From contig NC_042997.1 in the NCBI RefSeq assembly GCF_006345805.1, positions 125,116,001 through 125,180,000 on the forward strand: a stretch of DNA of 64,000 nt, given 5' to 3'. A program made the translations under genes and the position numbers. Shown here in pieces: positions 25,369 through 37,105 of the stretch. The stretch comes from Octopus sinensis (Eukaryota). Position 1 is the first letter of the stretch. Every line of letters begins with the position of its first letter. The notes under the pieces are model-generated. The model was not told the origin of the DNA and did no database searches. It saw nothing but the letters and a program-made list of their open reading frames with translations.

Positions 25369-26247
25369 TACTATATTATATAGACTACAATTGAATAATC
25401 TAGTATACAATTGTACGTGTTATAGACTATAATTGTATATAATTTAGAATAAATTTGATTAATAAAGCAACAAATATTTAAAGAAATATAACGAAAAAAA
25501 TGTGGTGAGGAGAGAAACGGAGGAGCTAATGTTCTTAGTTTAAATCATCTTCTGTAATATTTCTAATATAGAGAAAATAAAACAAACGATAAAGAAATAT
25601 ATTAAATTATACAGGATGGAGATTCAGTAAAGACATATATATATATTTTATGAAAAATAAACATATTCATGAATAGAAAAATAATTATATGAAATAAAGA
25701 CATTAATCTTCATGATTTCATCTCATTTACTACTCTGCCATGTTGAATCAAACTCTTATTTTGGTGTGACTGGATAACAGCTTCAAAATCTGAAGACAGC
25801 TATTTCTATAAAAGATTATACAATAAAAATTATTTGTGTGTCCAAACACAGATCATTGCAATTGACTGAGATACGGACATATACATACGTTAATTTCTAC
25901 AGCTGTCACCGGAAGTTAAATAAATAATACACAACGGCAAGGCTCTGTCCGCAAATCTAATAAGTTGGACTAAATTATTTGGAGGCTCCAATGTTTTCTG
26001 TCTCCTCTCTCCTCTCTCTCATTCCCATCCTTTCTCTCTGTCTCATCCTCTCTCAACTGCCACCTTCTCTGTCCGTAATTTCTCTTCTCTCTATTTCACT
26101 CTCTCTACCTAATCACACAAGTGCACACGCATATATCCACTCACACGAAGACATGTATTTAAATATGCATGCATATATACATATAGATAGATAGACAGAT
26201 AGTTATAAATATATATATAAAAATAGAACTATCTCTCTCTCTCTATC

Positions 26248-26281
<34 letters not shown>

Positions 26282-26562
26282 GATACATATATGTATGCAT
26301 ATATGTGTATATCAATTTATATGTGTACATGTATATATACATATATGCACATATATATATATATATACATATATATACATATACATATATATAAATGTAT
26401 ATTTGAGTATATATATATATATATTAGTATAAGTATATATATACACACACATGCACACACACACTTACACACGCGCGCACACACATACACAAAGAGAGAG
26501 AGACACACACAAATATATATGTATGTATGTATGTATGTATATATATATATACATATATATAT

Positions 26563-26598
<36 letters not shown>

Positions 26599-27066
26599 CA
26601 TTTAAATTTGCATATGTATCTATGTAGCAATCATAACAAAGACCACTAGAATCTGCAAAAAATCAATAAATATCCCTTTGTATTGAATTTGAGGGGAAAT
26701 GGAGAAGTGTGAAGGAATGAAGACAATGTTCCTATTGTACAAAACATTGTCAGTAGTACTATGCGAATAGAACAGGTCGTTGGTGGAAGTAGGCAGTAGA
26801 TGGTAGGTACAACGTATCACTAGTGATGTTAGATAGACACAATACGTCATCAGTTTTGTTAGGTACATAAAATATATCTTCAGCCGTTGCTAGAAAATCT
26901 CGGCGTAGCTTGGTGTCAGAAGGTAGAAGCAAGACTGGTGGTGGGGAAACAATACAGGTTCTGTGTAGCTAAGGGGTAGATTGTAAAATCGATTTCCAAA
27001 ATGTACTAAGATGATAAATGAGGGAAACAGAAATGTCTCGGTGTAGAAAGACGGCAAATGACAAAA

Positions 27067-27560
27067 GCAAGATTGCCTCAGCGTAGCCAGATGGCAGATA
27101 GGAGAGGCAAGACTGCTTCAATGTAGCCAGATGGTAGATGGTAGAAATCAGACTGCCTCAATGTAATTGAATGGTAGATGGTAGAAACAAGACAGCCTCA
27201 CTGTAATTAAATGGTATATGGTAGAGGAAAGACTGCCTCAGCATAGCCAGATGGTAGACGGTAGAAGAAAAACTTCCTCAATGTAGCCAGATGATAAATG
27301 GTAGAAATCAAACTGCGTCAATGTAATTGAATGGTAGATGGTAGAAACAAGACACCCTCACTGCAATTAAATGGTATATGGTAGAAGAAAGACTGCTTCA
27401 GCGTAGCCCGATGGTAGACAGTAGAAGAAGGACTGCCTCAAAGTAGCCAGATGGTAGATGGTAGAAGTCAGACTGCCTCAATGTAGCTAAATGATAAATG
27501 GAAGAAGCAAGACTGCCTCACGGTAGCTTGGTGGTAGATGGTAAGCACAAGATAACCTCA
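27067..27560. repeat. 40-bp minisatellite, ~12.5 units, with more decayed units on both sides
   Basis: Consensus gcaagactgcctcaatgtagccagatggtagatggtagaa, repeating with an exact 40-bp period from 27067. Confidence 0.9.
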
Positions 27561-28800
27561 TTGGAGGTCCATTGTGCATAACAAACTGTTTGTATAATTA
27601 TGGTCAGGGTGTAGTTTGGTTGTGAATGATAGTTATAAGATTGTATCCGAATATCAAGGTGGAAGGTAAATAGAGTCTTCAGGTTTATGAAAGGTAGACT
27701 ACAGACTCACCGTAACTAAGTGATAGATGGTAGGTAGAATGTAGCATCGCTTTAGCTGTACTGCAGGTAACAAAGTGTTAGTACATTTATTGTTTCAGAT
27801 ATTGCTTCTAACCTTGATTTACGATCAATTTTCTCAGCCATGCGTTACCGATCAGCTGTTGATGAGCAAATTGAACTAGACGAATATGATATGAGTTTGT
27901 CTCTATTCGTTCTTATTGGTCCGTGTGCGCGTGTCTCTGTGTGTGTGTGTGTGTGTGTGTGTGTTTGTGTGTATGCTCGTGTCTTTGTGAGGTGTCCTTT
28001 GTATACTCATAACTGTTACTACCACTCTTGTTATTGCTCCGGTAGTTGTTAATGGCGCTTTTGTTGCTACTGCAGTTCTTGTTGCTATTGTTGTTAACGC
28101 AGTTGGTCTTGTTGCTGTTGTTCTTCATGTACGTTGCTACTATTGTTGCTGTTATTGTTGTTATTTGGTAAATGGTGCCGTTATTGCTGTTGTTGTCGTT
28201 TTTTTATTTATTTTATATGATGCTACTGTTGTTGTAGACGGTTTTGTAGTTCTAGTTCATGATCAGATTGTTCAATATTTTATATTGCTTCGATGTCATA
28301 TCATGATGTAACAAACCAAAAATATAAAATTAATCATTTTACAAAGTTCTTCCACTTGGTTAAAGATTTATATGAGGTCTGTGATTCCTAGCTGACTAAA
28401 ATAGTGGGAAGTCTTTCTGCCGTGCGAATGAAACTGCTCCACAGCGACTTTTAAGAATAAAACGGTTGGATAGATAATATTAGACATTTTAAACTGTCAG
28501 CTAAGCAGAGATTATTGTGTAATTAACTAGATTGAAGCTGTGAAGTAGAACCTGGTTAAGTGGCTTTGACTGTTAGTTAAAAGCTTCTATTTGGAAACTG
28601 CGAGATAGAGTGGTTGAAATATTTTGAAGCAAACAAAAGTGTGTAGACAATAGCTGACAATAGAAGATTTTGTTATAGAAATAAGTAAACCGAGACGTAT
28701 GAAGTGAGGCTGATACATAACTGGGAAATAAGGACAGTCGTATGTTGGTATTCTAAGTGCCAAATCGTGACAGATAAATTTTGACTACTTTAAAGAAATA

Positions 28801-29225
28801 GGCGCAGGAGTGGCTGTGTGGTAAGTAGCTTGCTTACCAACCACATTGTTCCGGGTTCACTCCCACTGCGTGGCGACTTGGGCAAGTGCCTTCTACTATA
28901 GCCTCTGGCTCACCAAAGCCTTGAGAGTGGATTTCGTAGACGGAAAGTGAAAGAAGCCCGTCGTATATATGTATATGTATATAAATATATGTGTGTGTGT
29001 GTGTTTGTGTGTCTGTGTGTCCCCCCCCCCCCAACATCGCTTGACAACCGATGCTTGTGCGTTTACGTCCCCGTAACTTAGCGGTTCGGCAAAAAGAGAC
29101 CGATGAAATAAGTACTAGGCTTACAAAGAATAAGTCCCGGGGATCGATTTGCTCGACTAAAGGCGGTGCTCCAGCATGGCCGCAGTCAAATGACTGAAAC
29201 AAGTAAAGGAGTAAAATAGTAAAAG
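28801..29225 (+). mobile_element. Full-length tRNA-derived SINE family A
   Basis: Box A TGGCTGTGTGG, box B GGGTTCACTCCC, central (TA)n(TG)n, and CR1-like tail 29162-29200. Confidence 0.92.
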
Positions 29226-29544
29226 TGTGTGTGTGTTTGAGTGGGTGTGTATGTGTGTGTGTGCGTGCGCGCGCGCGTCGTGTGTAGTAACTTGCACAAG
29301 TAACAACAATAAAATTTGTGGCAAAGAAGAAATAATGAAAGAAGAAATTATAGTACGCAGAATTAGCCGAGCGAAAGCACGTTACTAAAAAGCGTAGAAA
29401 TACAAAACGAAAAACAAGAAACAAAGAAGTTTAGATTAAAGTTCAATACGCCAAAGCAACAGGAGAGAATTCGACAATGAGGGTGATAGACTTTATCAAA
29501 AAAGAGAAAAATAAACAGAAAATGAATTTAAGGGCAAGGGAAAG

Positions 29545-29577
<33 letters not shown>

Positions 29578-29581
<4 letters not shown>

Positions 29582-29703
29582 ACAATTATTCGGTAGCCAA
29601 GATAGAACTCTGAGTTTCGGATGCCGAGGTGGAAATCCACACCACTATCTCTTTAGTTATCTGGCCATGGTGGTTTTATCTTGGCTACCGAATAATTGTC
29701 ACA
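29578..29703 (-). mobile_element. 126-bp foldback unit: perfect 27-bp inverted repeats around a decayed type I hammerhead motif
   Basis: TGTGACAATTATTCGGTAGCCAAGATA (29578-29604) is the exact reverse complement of 29677-29703; TA on both sides. Minus strand reads agataa CTAAAGA ... GAAAC TCAGA GTT ctatct. Confidence 0.75.
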
Positions 29704-29781
29704 TATTATATTTACAGAGAAATTCCTCTATTTACATAATATTGAGGTCTCTTTCTTTCTTTTGTTATCTTACCGTTTTTA

Positions 29782-29813
<32 letters not shown>

Positions 29814-29910
29814 CTAATAATATTTACTGAATCTCAGTTTTTTATGCGCTAAACCATTGGTGTTAAACTGATATTATTAACTTAATATACAGTATTTCAC
29901 CCTCATTTTG

Positions 29911-29953
<43 letters not shown>

Positions 29954-31779
29954 GCGCGCAAATACATACATATAGACAAACTGTTAATGCCATGCTGCTT
30001 AATGGTCTTCTAAATGGTAATAGCAGTATGAGAAATGCTATGCTATGACGGCTAAATCGTGACGTAATATATGTTTGACAGAAGTTGTAAATACTGAACA
30101 CAGACTGATAAGTCATAAGTGGAAAATAGTGTTAAATTGATACGAATTGTTAAAATATACGAGAAACTTTTGGTAATCAATAGATTAGGATGTGGTGCAT
30201 AATAGGAGAGTATCTTCTGATTGTAATTTATTCAGCTCATGACAAACTTGTCTTAAGGTCTATGAACTATTGCTGTTATAATGATATATAAGGTGTGTTG
30301 TTTTTCAAGTTATAAAGATTCACATTCCCTTTGTCGGCAGAAATACATTGCTTTCTTTCTTTTGTAGAGGGTGATACAGATTTTAGATTTTCAGCTGAAA
30401 TAAGTACGCCGTGTAATGAATGAGGGTTGGCTACTGTTTTTCTGATGAGATATTAATAGATTCAGTTAATAATATTGTTCTCGACTGAATTCCAATAATC
30501 GTCTACATTCTTCATTGAGATGTGGATTTATAATTAGTTTTGTTGAATCTAATAGCTTTTTTATAGAAGATAAACTCTCATAAACAATTCAGTAAAAATA
30601 TTCTCTTCTGATCATTATTGATTTTGTATTGGCACATGACTAGAGATTTCCAGGGAAGTAAATTGAATAGGCCGTAGTAATTCATAACGGGCCAAGGTAC
30701 ATGCACATTATTCATTTTATCAGTCCCAGAAGGCAGGAAAGCAATGTGATAATGTTTGATTTTATATAATCAGATCAGCTGTGATTTAACAGAGGTAGGG
30801 TACTCACACACAGCAAAAACTGGAAACTCTCTCTGTTTTTTATGCCGATACTACAATGACCGAATCTCCTAATAGTTAGCAGCTCCCGTGCTCCCTACGT
30901 TCTTTACTCATCATCTCATCACTAATGTTATTTCCAACTTCGCAAGCACCCACAAACCGTAGCGTTCAGTTCTGGAATTTCCCCATTCCACATATTTCCC
31001 CTGAAGTTCTCAACTTCATCCATATCATCATTATCAGCCTTCCTTTAAACCAAACCTTAAAAATTAACAAAATGACAATCAATCGAACGACTAAAGGCAA
31101 TCATCATATATTTTACTCCAAATACACAGTACCTCCCACCAGTTGATTCCTACACTATATATTCTTACGTTACCTACGCCAACTTCCCACAAGAGGTCAA
31201 TCTCAAAACACCAAATTCCTGTTTTCCTTTTATCTCAATACACGAATCGTATTTTAGAGTTTTAACCGACGGTAACCACAAGTAGTTTCATTGGATTCTC
31301 TTTTCACGTGATATAGTATTTATTTCTAAGTAATATTACGTCTTTATTCACTCGACCAAAATTTAGTGCCTTTGATTATTTTTAGTATGTACATTAAGAC
31401 GGCAGAATATATTCAGTGGCCACATTGAAGGCTTCCCTATTAATTCATCTGTGTATCTATAGTCTCTGATATTTGATATATCTGAGGCATGGAAACTGAA
31501 AGCAAAACCCATGCAACTTTTCCTTACCTCTCATTGGTGCATACAACACGAAGTTTGAAGCAATTCTGGTTTACGGAATTTTATGTATATGTATGTTGTG
31601 TTATTATCTGAAGTAAGCCGATAAAACTCCTATAATGATGTTTGCTATAGTGTTTTGGGATATTGTAGATGTGATTCACCATTTAAAATGAGTGAATACT
31701 CAGGTGGGTGTACGTAAATGCCTGACGATGCTGTAGGTCCAAACACCGCCTATCGAATGACTAACTGATCTAAATTGAG

Positions 31780-32114
31780 ACACGCTTCGGTCACAACACA
31801 GACCATGGGATTGCACCTAGAAAATTATCCTCCCAGGCTCAGGTCCGGGCAAGGTTGTTTATGGAAGACCAGCAGCCGCTCATGCATACCAGCTTCCCCC
31901 CTCCACGCCACCAGTGTTACCCAAGGGAAAGACAAAGGCCGATACAGCTTGGCACCTGTAACGTCGCAACTCATTTCTACAGCTGAGTAAACTGGTGCGG
32001 CGTGAAACAAAGTGTCTTGCTCAAGAACACAACACGCAGCCTGGTCCGGGATTCGAGCTCACAACATCACGATCGTAAGCTCGACACTCTAAGCACTGAG
32101 CCATGCGCCTTCAC
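31780..32114 (-). mobile_element. tRNA-derived SINE family C
   Basis: Reverse complement GTGAAGGCGCATGGCTCAGTGCTTAGAGTG...GAGCTCGAATCCCGGACC (box A/B) followed by ttcttgagcaagacactt. Confidence 0.8.
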
Positions 32115-32759
32115 AAATTAGCTGAAATTAAATGAATTGTGATTTCCAGTATTTTATAGAATTGTTGTTACTATATTTCGCTGGGGTTTTTTTAAATACA
32201 TTCTCTACATCCAGTTTATTTGTTCAAATCATTCCTATACTGATCCTCAGTATTATGTAAATCCAGCCACACTAAAGATGGACGCTGGGTTTACCTAATG
32301 TTTATATACTTTCACTACTAGTTGCAAATTTGACTTTTTGCGAACTGCGTCTGCCGACATTTACGAGCGCCCAGAGGCAACTGTCGAACTTGTGATACCT
32401 AATCTTCTACTCATAATTTTTTGTCTTTTTGTGATCTCTGTATGTCTGCGCAGTTGATATATAAATATCTATATATTTATACATTGAACATTCATCGCCT
32501 GAATATGTCCAGTCTTTATTTTCTATATTAGTAGCTCTTTCGGTTGTGCATTAAAATGATATTTATCTCTTAGTGGATGGAGTTCTTTTTTGTTGATTTT
32601 TAGCTCTATTGGATCTCTCTCTTTTTTCCCTCTCCCTTCTTTCTCTCTCCCTCTCTCTCTCTCTTCATATATATATATATATATACATATATATTATGTT
32701 ATATTATATCATATAAATATATATATACGCACATACACATCTTGATATATGTATATATA

Positions 32760-32814
<55 letters not shown>

Positions 32815-33210
32815 ATATAGTGTGTGTGTGTGTATGTGTGTGTCTGTGTATATGTATATATAGTCAACTGATGAGATCCAGAGATAATCAATATAGAAAA
32901 CACATAGTTCAAATGATTTGAACTTACACTCTGAAATCTTTGCCGAGGGGTGTAAAGTGGCTATAATAAGAAACCTGATGTGCAGAAATAGAGATAATGA
33001 TGTAACAAACAAATAAAACATCTTAGGTTAGATATAAAATATAAATGCACACATACAGATATATGTGTGTGTGTATGTGAATATATATATATATGCATAT
33101 ATACATACATACACACACACACACATATATTTATCTATCTATTTATCTCGTTCACTCTTTCTCTCTATATATACATATATATAAATGTATATGTATATAT
33201 ATATATATAT

Positions 33211-33241
33211 CAGCATGGCCGCAGCTCTGAGCTGAAACTAG

Positions 33242-33245
<4 letters not shown>
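33211..33245 (+). mobile_element. Ultra-short CR1-type 3' terminus inside a (TA)n tract
   Basis: cagcatggccgcagctctgagctgaaactagaaaa matches the LINE end at 44199-44235 (CAGCT-loop-AGCTG hairpin, then AAACTAGAA). Confidence 0.6.
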
Positions 33246-33307
<62 letters not shown>

Positions 33308-33649
33308 GGGTTCATCTTTAACTTATCAGCCAGCAGAGCAACACAAACACACACACAACGCACATGCTTATGTGTGTTTGTGTGTGTGTGTGTGTAAAGA
33401 GAGCGAAAGATACTCACACCTATACATACATTACTCTGTGCATGTGAGTGTGAAATTACGTAATACAACATAGTGTATGTGAATTAATTAATTCTATATC
33501 AGAAATAATTAATACCAGAGAACGTTAGCTTTATAATCCTGCATAGCTATACATATCCAGTTAATTAATTCATGTGTTCTCTGATGTGTTATGTAATTTT
33601 CAACGAATATTGAAATCTACTCTCTTAGTTAATTTATTATGGATATTGG

Positions 33650-33704
<55 letters not shown>

Positions 33705-33759
33705 CATGTATATATATATATGTATATATATATATATGTGTGTATACATAAATACATAC

Positions 33760-33811
<52 letters not shown>

Positions 33812-34994
33812 AATTGAAAGAAGAAGAGAAAGAAAATTCTTTAACACATTTTAATTATAAGTTACAATTGTTTCCCTACCATCTTCATTTGCAACGCCAC
33901 TTTACACGAATATTCTAAAATGAAAACTTTCGTGATATTGGAGAGGTACTTCCTCATATTGCTACTAATGTGGTGCTATTACATTGTGCGTATATCAGAT
34001 TTTGTTGTTGGGAAAGTACCCGAAAGAAATAAAAAAAAAGAAAAAAAGAAAAGTGTTTATGCGGGATGAGTCCGTGGGGAAGATTTTGTGCGCGGGGGAG
34101 GGGAGGAGAATCGATAATATGGATACGTATAATGAGAGGTGGGAGAAAAGGGAATGAGGGAGAGGAAAACGAATAGACGAAGGTGAAAGGGAAGCTAGGG
34201 CGTACCCCTCGTTAATTAATTATTACTTCCGAGTTAGCAAATATATGTAGCCTGGATGTTACCTGCTCAATTCGCTCAATTTGGATTTTTATTCACATTC
34301 ATAGCAACGCGTGATGCTCACCATGAACTATGGAATAAGTTTTTTCAGCTTATCATACTTTGATACGGGAAAAAAACCTATGACCTTCTACGCTAATAAA
34401 ATATTACTGTTCCTGAAAGTTATTTTTTATACCTACTACAGACTGCTTCAGGCTAACTTCCTACACCTGGATCCTAGGGTCTTAGTATTACGAGATCGGA
34501 TCAATAAGCATCCGGACTTTTGCCAAAGCAGAGTGAAACCGTTAACTGGGGTGCATGCCCACTAAGTTTTAACATTCTTGCTCACTTGTGCTGTTGAGTA
34601 CGAGGTGAAGATTTTGTGCGCGAAGGTGGGGAGTGAATCGATAGGGTGGATACATATAATGATAAGTGAGAGAAAAGGGAAGAAGGGAGAGGAAAACAAA
34701 TAGGTGAAGGTGGAAAGGAATTAGGAGGGGAGGATGTGGCTGTGTTGGTTGTAGTTAAAAAGTCGACCTTGAAACTATGCAGTTTTCGATTCCTTCTCAT
34801 TCTATAGCAGCTTAGACAAGTGTCCTTTACTTCGACGTCAGGTCACCGAAAGCTTTGTGAGTGAACTGCTTGCAAGCTTTTGAAAATGATTGCATTCATT
34901 TTGTCCGTTTTTCTTTTTACTTACTGCTAATTGTGTACGAAGGAGAATCCGTCAGAGATTAGTTAGTTTGCTGTCGTTAATGTTCCATTTAAGC

Positions 34995-35248
34995 TAGTGG
35001 TCCTCAAGTGTTGTCCATATGTCCCATGGGGGTCCATATAAGGTTCTGTTGCTACAATTTTATGCGCAGTTAACTAGTTATGCTTCTACAATACACAAAA
35101 TATTTTAAGAAATTTTCTACACACTTCCTAATAATATTTAATTATAAAACTATAATGGAATTCTTAAGATATTGAATAGTTATGAGGGTTCACTCGAGTA
35201 AAATACGAATCAAAAGTGTCCATAAGTAAAAATGTTTGGGAAACACTG
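34995..35248. mobile_element. hAT (Charlie-like) MITE
   Basis: Ends TAGTGGTCCTCAA... and ...TTTGGGAAACACTG. Flanking 8-mers ATTTAAGC (34987-34994) and ATTTAAAC (35249-35256) match 7/8 with a central TA. Confidence 0.65.
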
Positions 35249-35589
35249 ATTTAAACTATTGAAGGAACAAGAAGAGGTTTTCAGATAATTGAAGCTCTGG
35301 GCAAAATGGTCTGAACAGTGTTGGAGGGGAGACTTAATTGGTCACTCGGTTTGATACTACCAACATGCACTATTTTTACATTGGACGAGTTCACTCCGTA
35401 GGAAGATAATGTTCTTCCTACTTCACACCAGTCTCGGAGTCCTATAAATACTGTGGGCGCTGTACCTCATCCTCTGGGAAAAAAAACACGTAAAAACTGT
35501 TATTTAATTGGGTGATAATAAATATTTAGCGCCCGCAAGCTTTAAAATGACATTATTTACAGTTATATTGGAATATATAGTTGGTGATA

Positions 35590-36015
35590 AGGCGACGAGC
35601 TGGCAGAAACGTTAACACGCCGAGCCAAGTGCTTAGCAATATTTCGCTTGTCTTTACGTTTTGAGTTCAAATTCCACCGAGGTCGACTTTGTCTTTCATC
35701 TTTTCAGGGTCGATAAATTAAGTACTGGTTACGCACTGGGTTCGATGTAATCGACTTAATCCGTTTGTCTGTACTTGTTTGTCCCATCTGTGTGTAGCCC
35801 CTTGTGGGTAATGAAGAAATAAGAAACGTTAGCACACCGAGCGAAATGCTTAGCAGTATTTCGTTTGTCTTTACGTTCTGAGTTCAAATTCCGCCGAGGT
35901 CGACTTTGACTTTCATCTTTTCGGGGTCGATAAATTAAGTACCACTTTCGTACCTGGGTTGATCTTATCGACTGACCCTTTCCCCAAAATTCTGGGCGTT
36001 GTACCTAGAGTAGAA
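35590..36015 (+). mobile_element. SINE family B, partial tandem dimer
   Basis: ggcgacgagctggcagaaacgttaac...gagttcaaattcc (box B)...gtctttcatcttttcagggtcgataaattaagtac; the body repeats again from ~35822. Confidence 0.85.
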
Positions 36016-36451
36016 TAGAATATATGGTTGGTGATGTTAACAAATGTGAACTAGTTAGAGGATCTTGAGGTTGCACTCTGTTCTGATATATAGAGCTTCC
36101 ATAATGTTTCTGTATTGTTCCTCTCCTCTTGTGTTGGTGTTGTGGTATCATCGTCATTGTCGCTGTTCTTATTTTTGTTCTTGTTTTTTGTCCTTTTGTC
36201 AACCTTAATTATACAACTCTGCGATGGAAGACATGCCAGCATTGACTGTGTTGTCGTTTTCCCCATGCTTCTCTATATATAAGATCACCGTGTTGAAAGT
36301 GCTCTCCCTTTTTTAAGACGATACGACTTCACTGGAAGGATATTTCGCTGCCTTTTGTAACTTGTCAAAGACGAAGTAGACAATGATTTGAGTTAACGTG
36401 AGATTGAAGAGACACACACGACGGTCTCACAGACATGCACGTACAGGCACA

Positions 36452-36493
<42 letters not shown>

Positions 36494-36877
36494 AACACGG
36501 ACCATATATATGCATGTATATGTATATGAGCTAGCAAGCAGCATACCCATACCTGTAATAATTTAACCTCTTCTTTTCCTCACGTAACCCTTAATGTGTC
36601 CTCACTTTCTGGATTTCATCGCAAATGCATTTTCAAATTTTCCCATTCCAGAACTGCAGACCACACAAATTCCTTTCCACCCGTATTTTCCAATAGTTAC
36701 CCGCCCATTGACCTCAATCTCAATGGTTTCAAAAACGAAGTCTCTGTAGATGGCTGAGTACACGACCCTTCCTCCTCTTAAAATCATTATAAAAAATATG
36801 TATGACTATCAGTTTGTAGAAGTTCACATATCCACATATGAGAGATATAGATAGATCGATTACTCGATCAATACACC

Positions 36878-36879
<2 letters not shown>

Positions 36880-36960
<81 letters not shown>

Positions 36961-36991
36961 GGATGGATTGATAGATAGATAGATAGATAGG

Positions 36992-37072
<81 letters not shown>

Positions 37073-37105
37073 GGATAGATAGATAGATGGATAGATAGAT
37101 AGATA
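36880..37105. repeat. Long imperfect (GATA)n
   Basis: Directly visible. Confidence 0.95.

Noticed and set aside
27067-27560. Regularly spaced repeats as a CRISPR array or repeat-protein exon
   Set aside because: Units are contiguous with no unique spacers, the context is eukaryotic, and the 40-bp period is not a multiple of three.
28801-28880. Box A/B-containing SINE heads as tRNA genes
   Set aside because: No complete cloverleaf, and they continue into multi-copy SINE bodies and tails.
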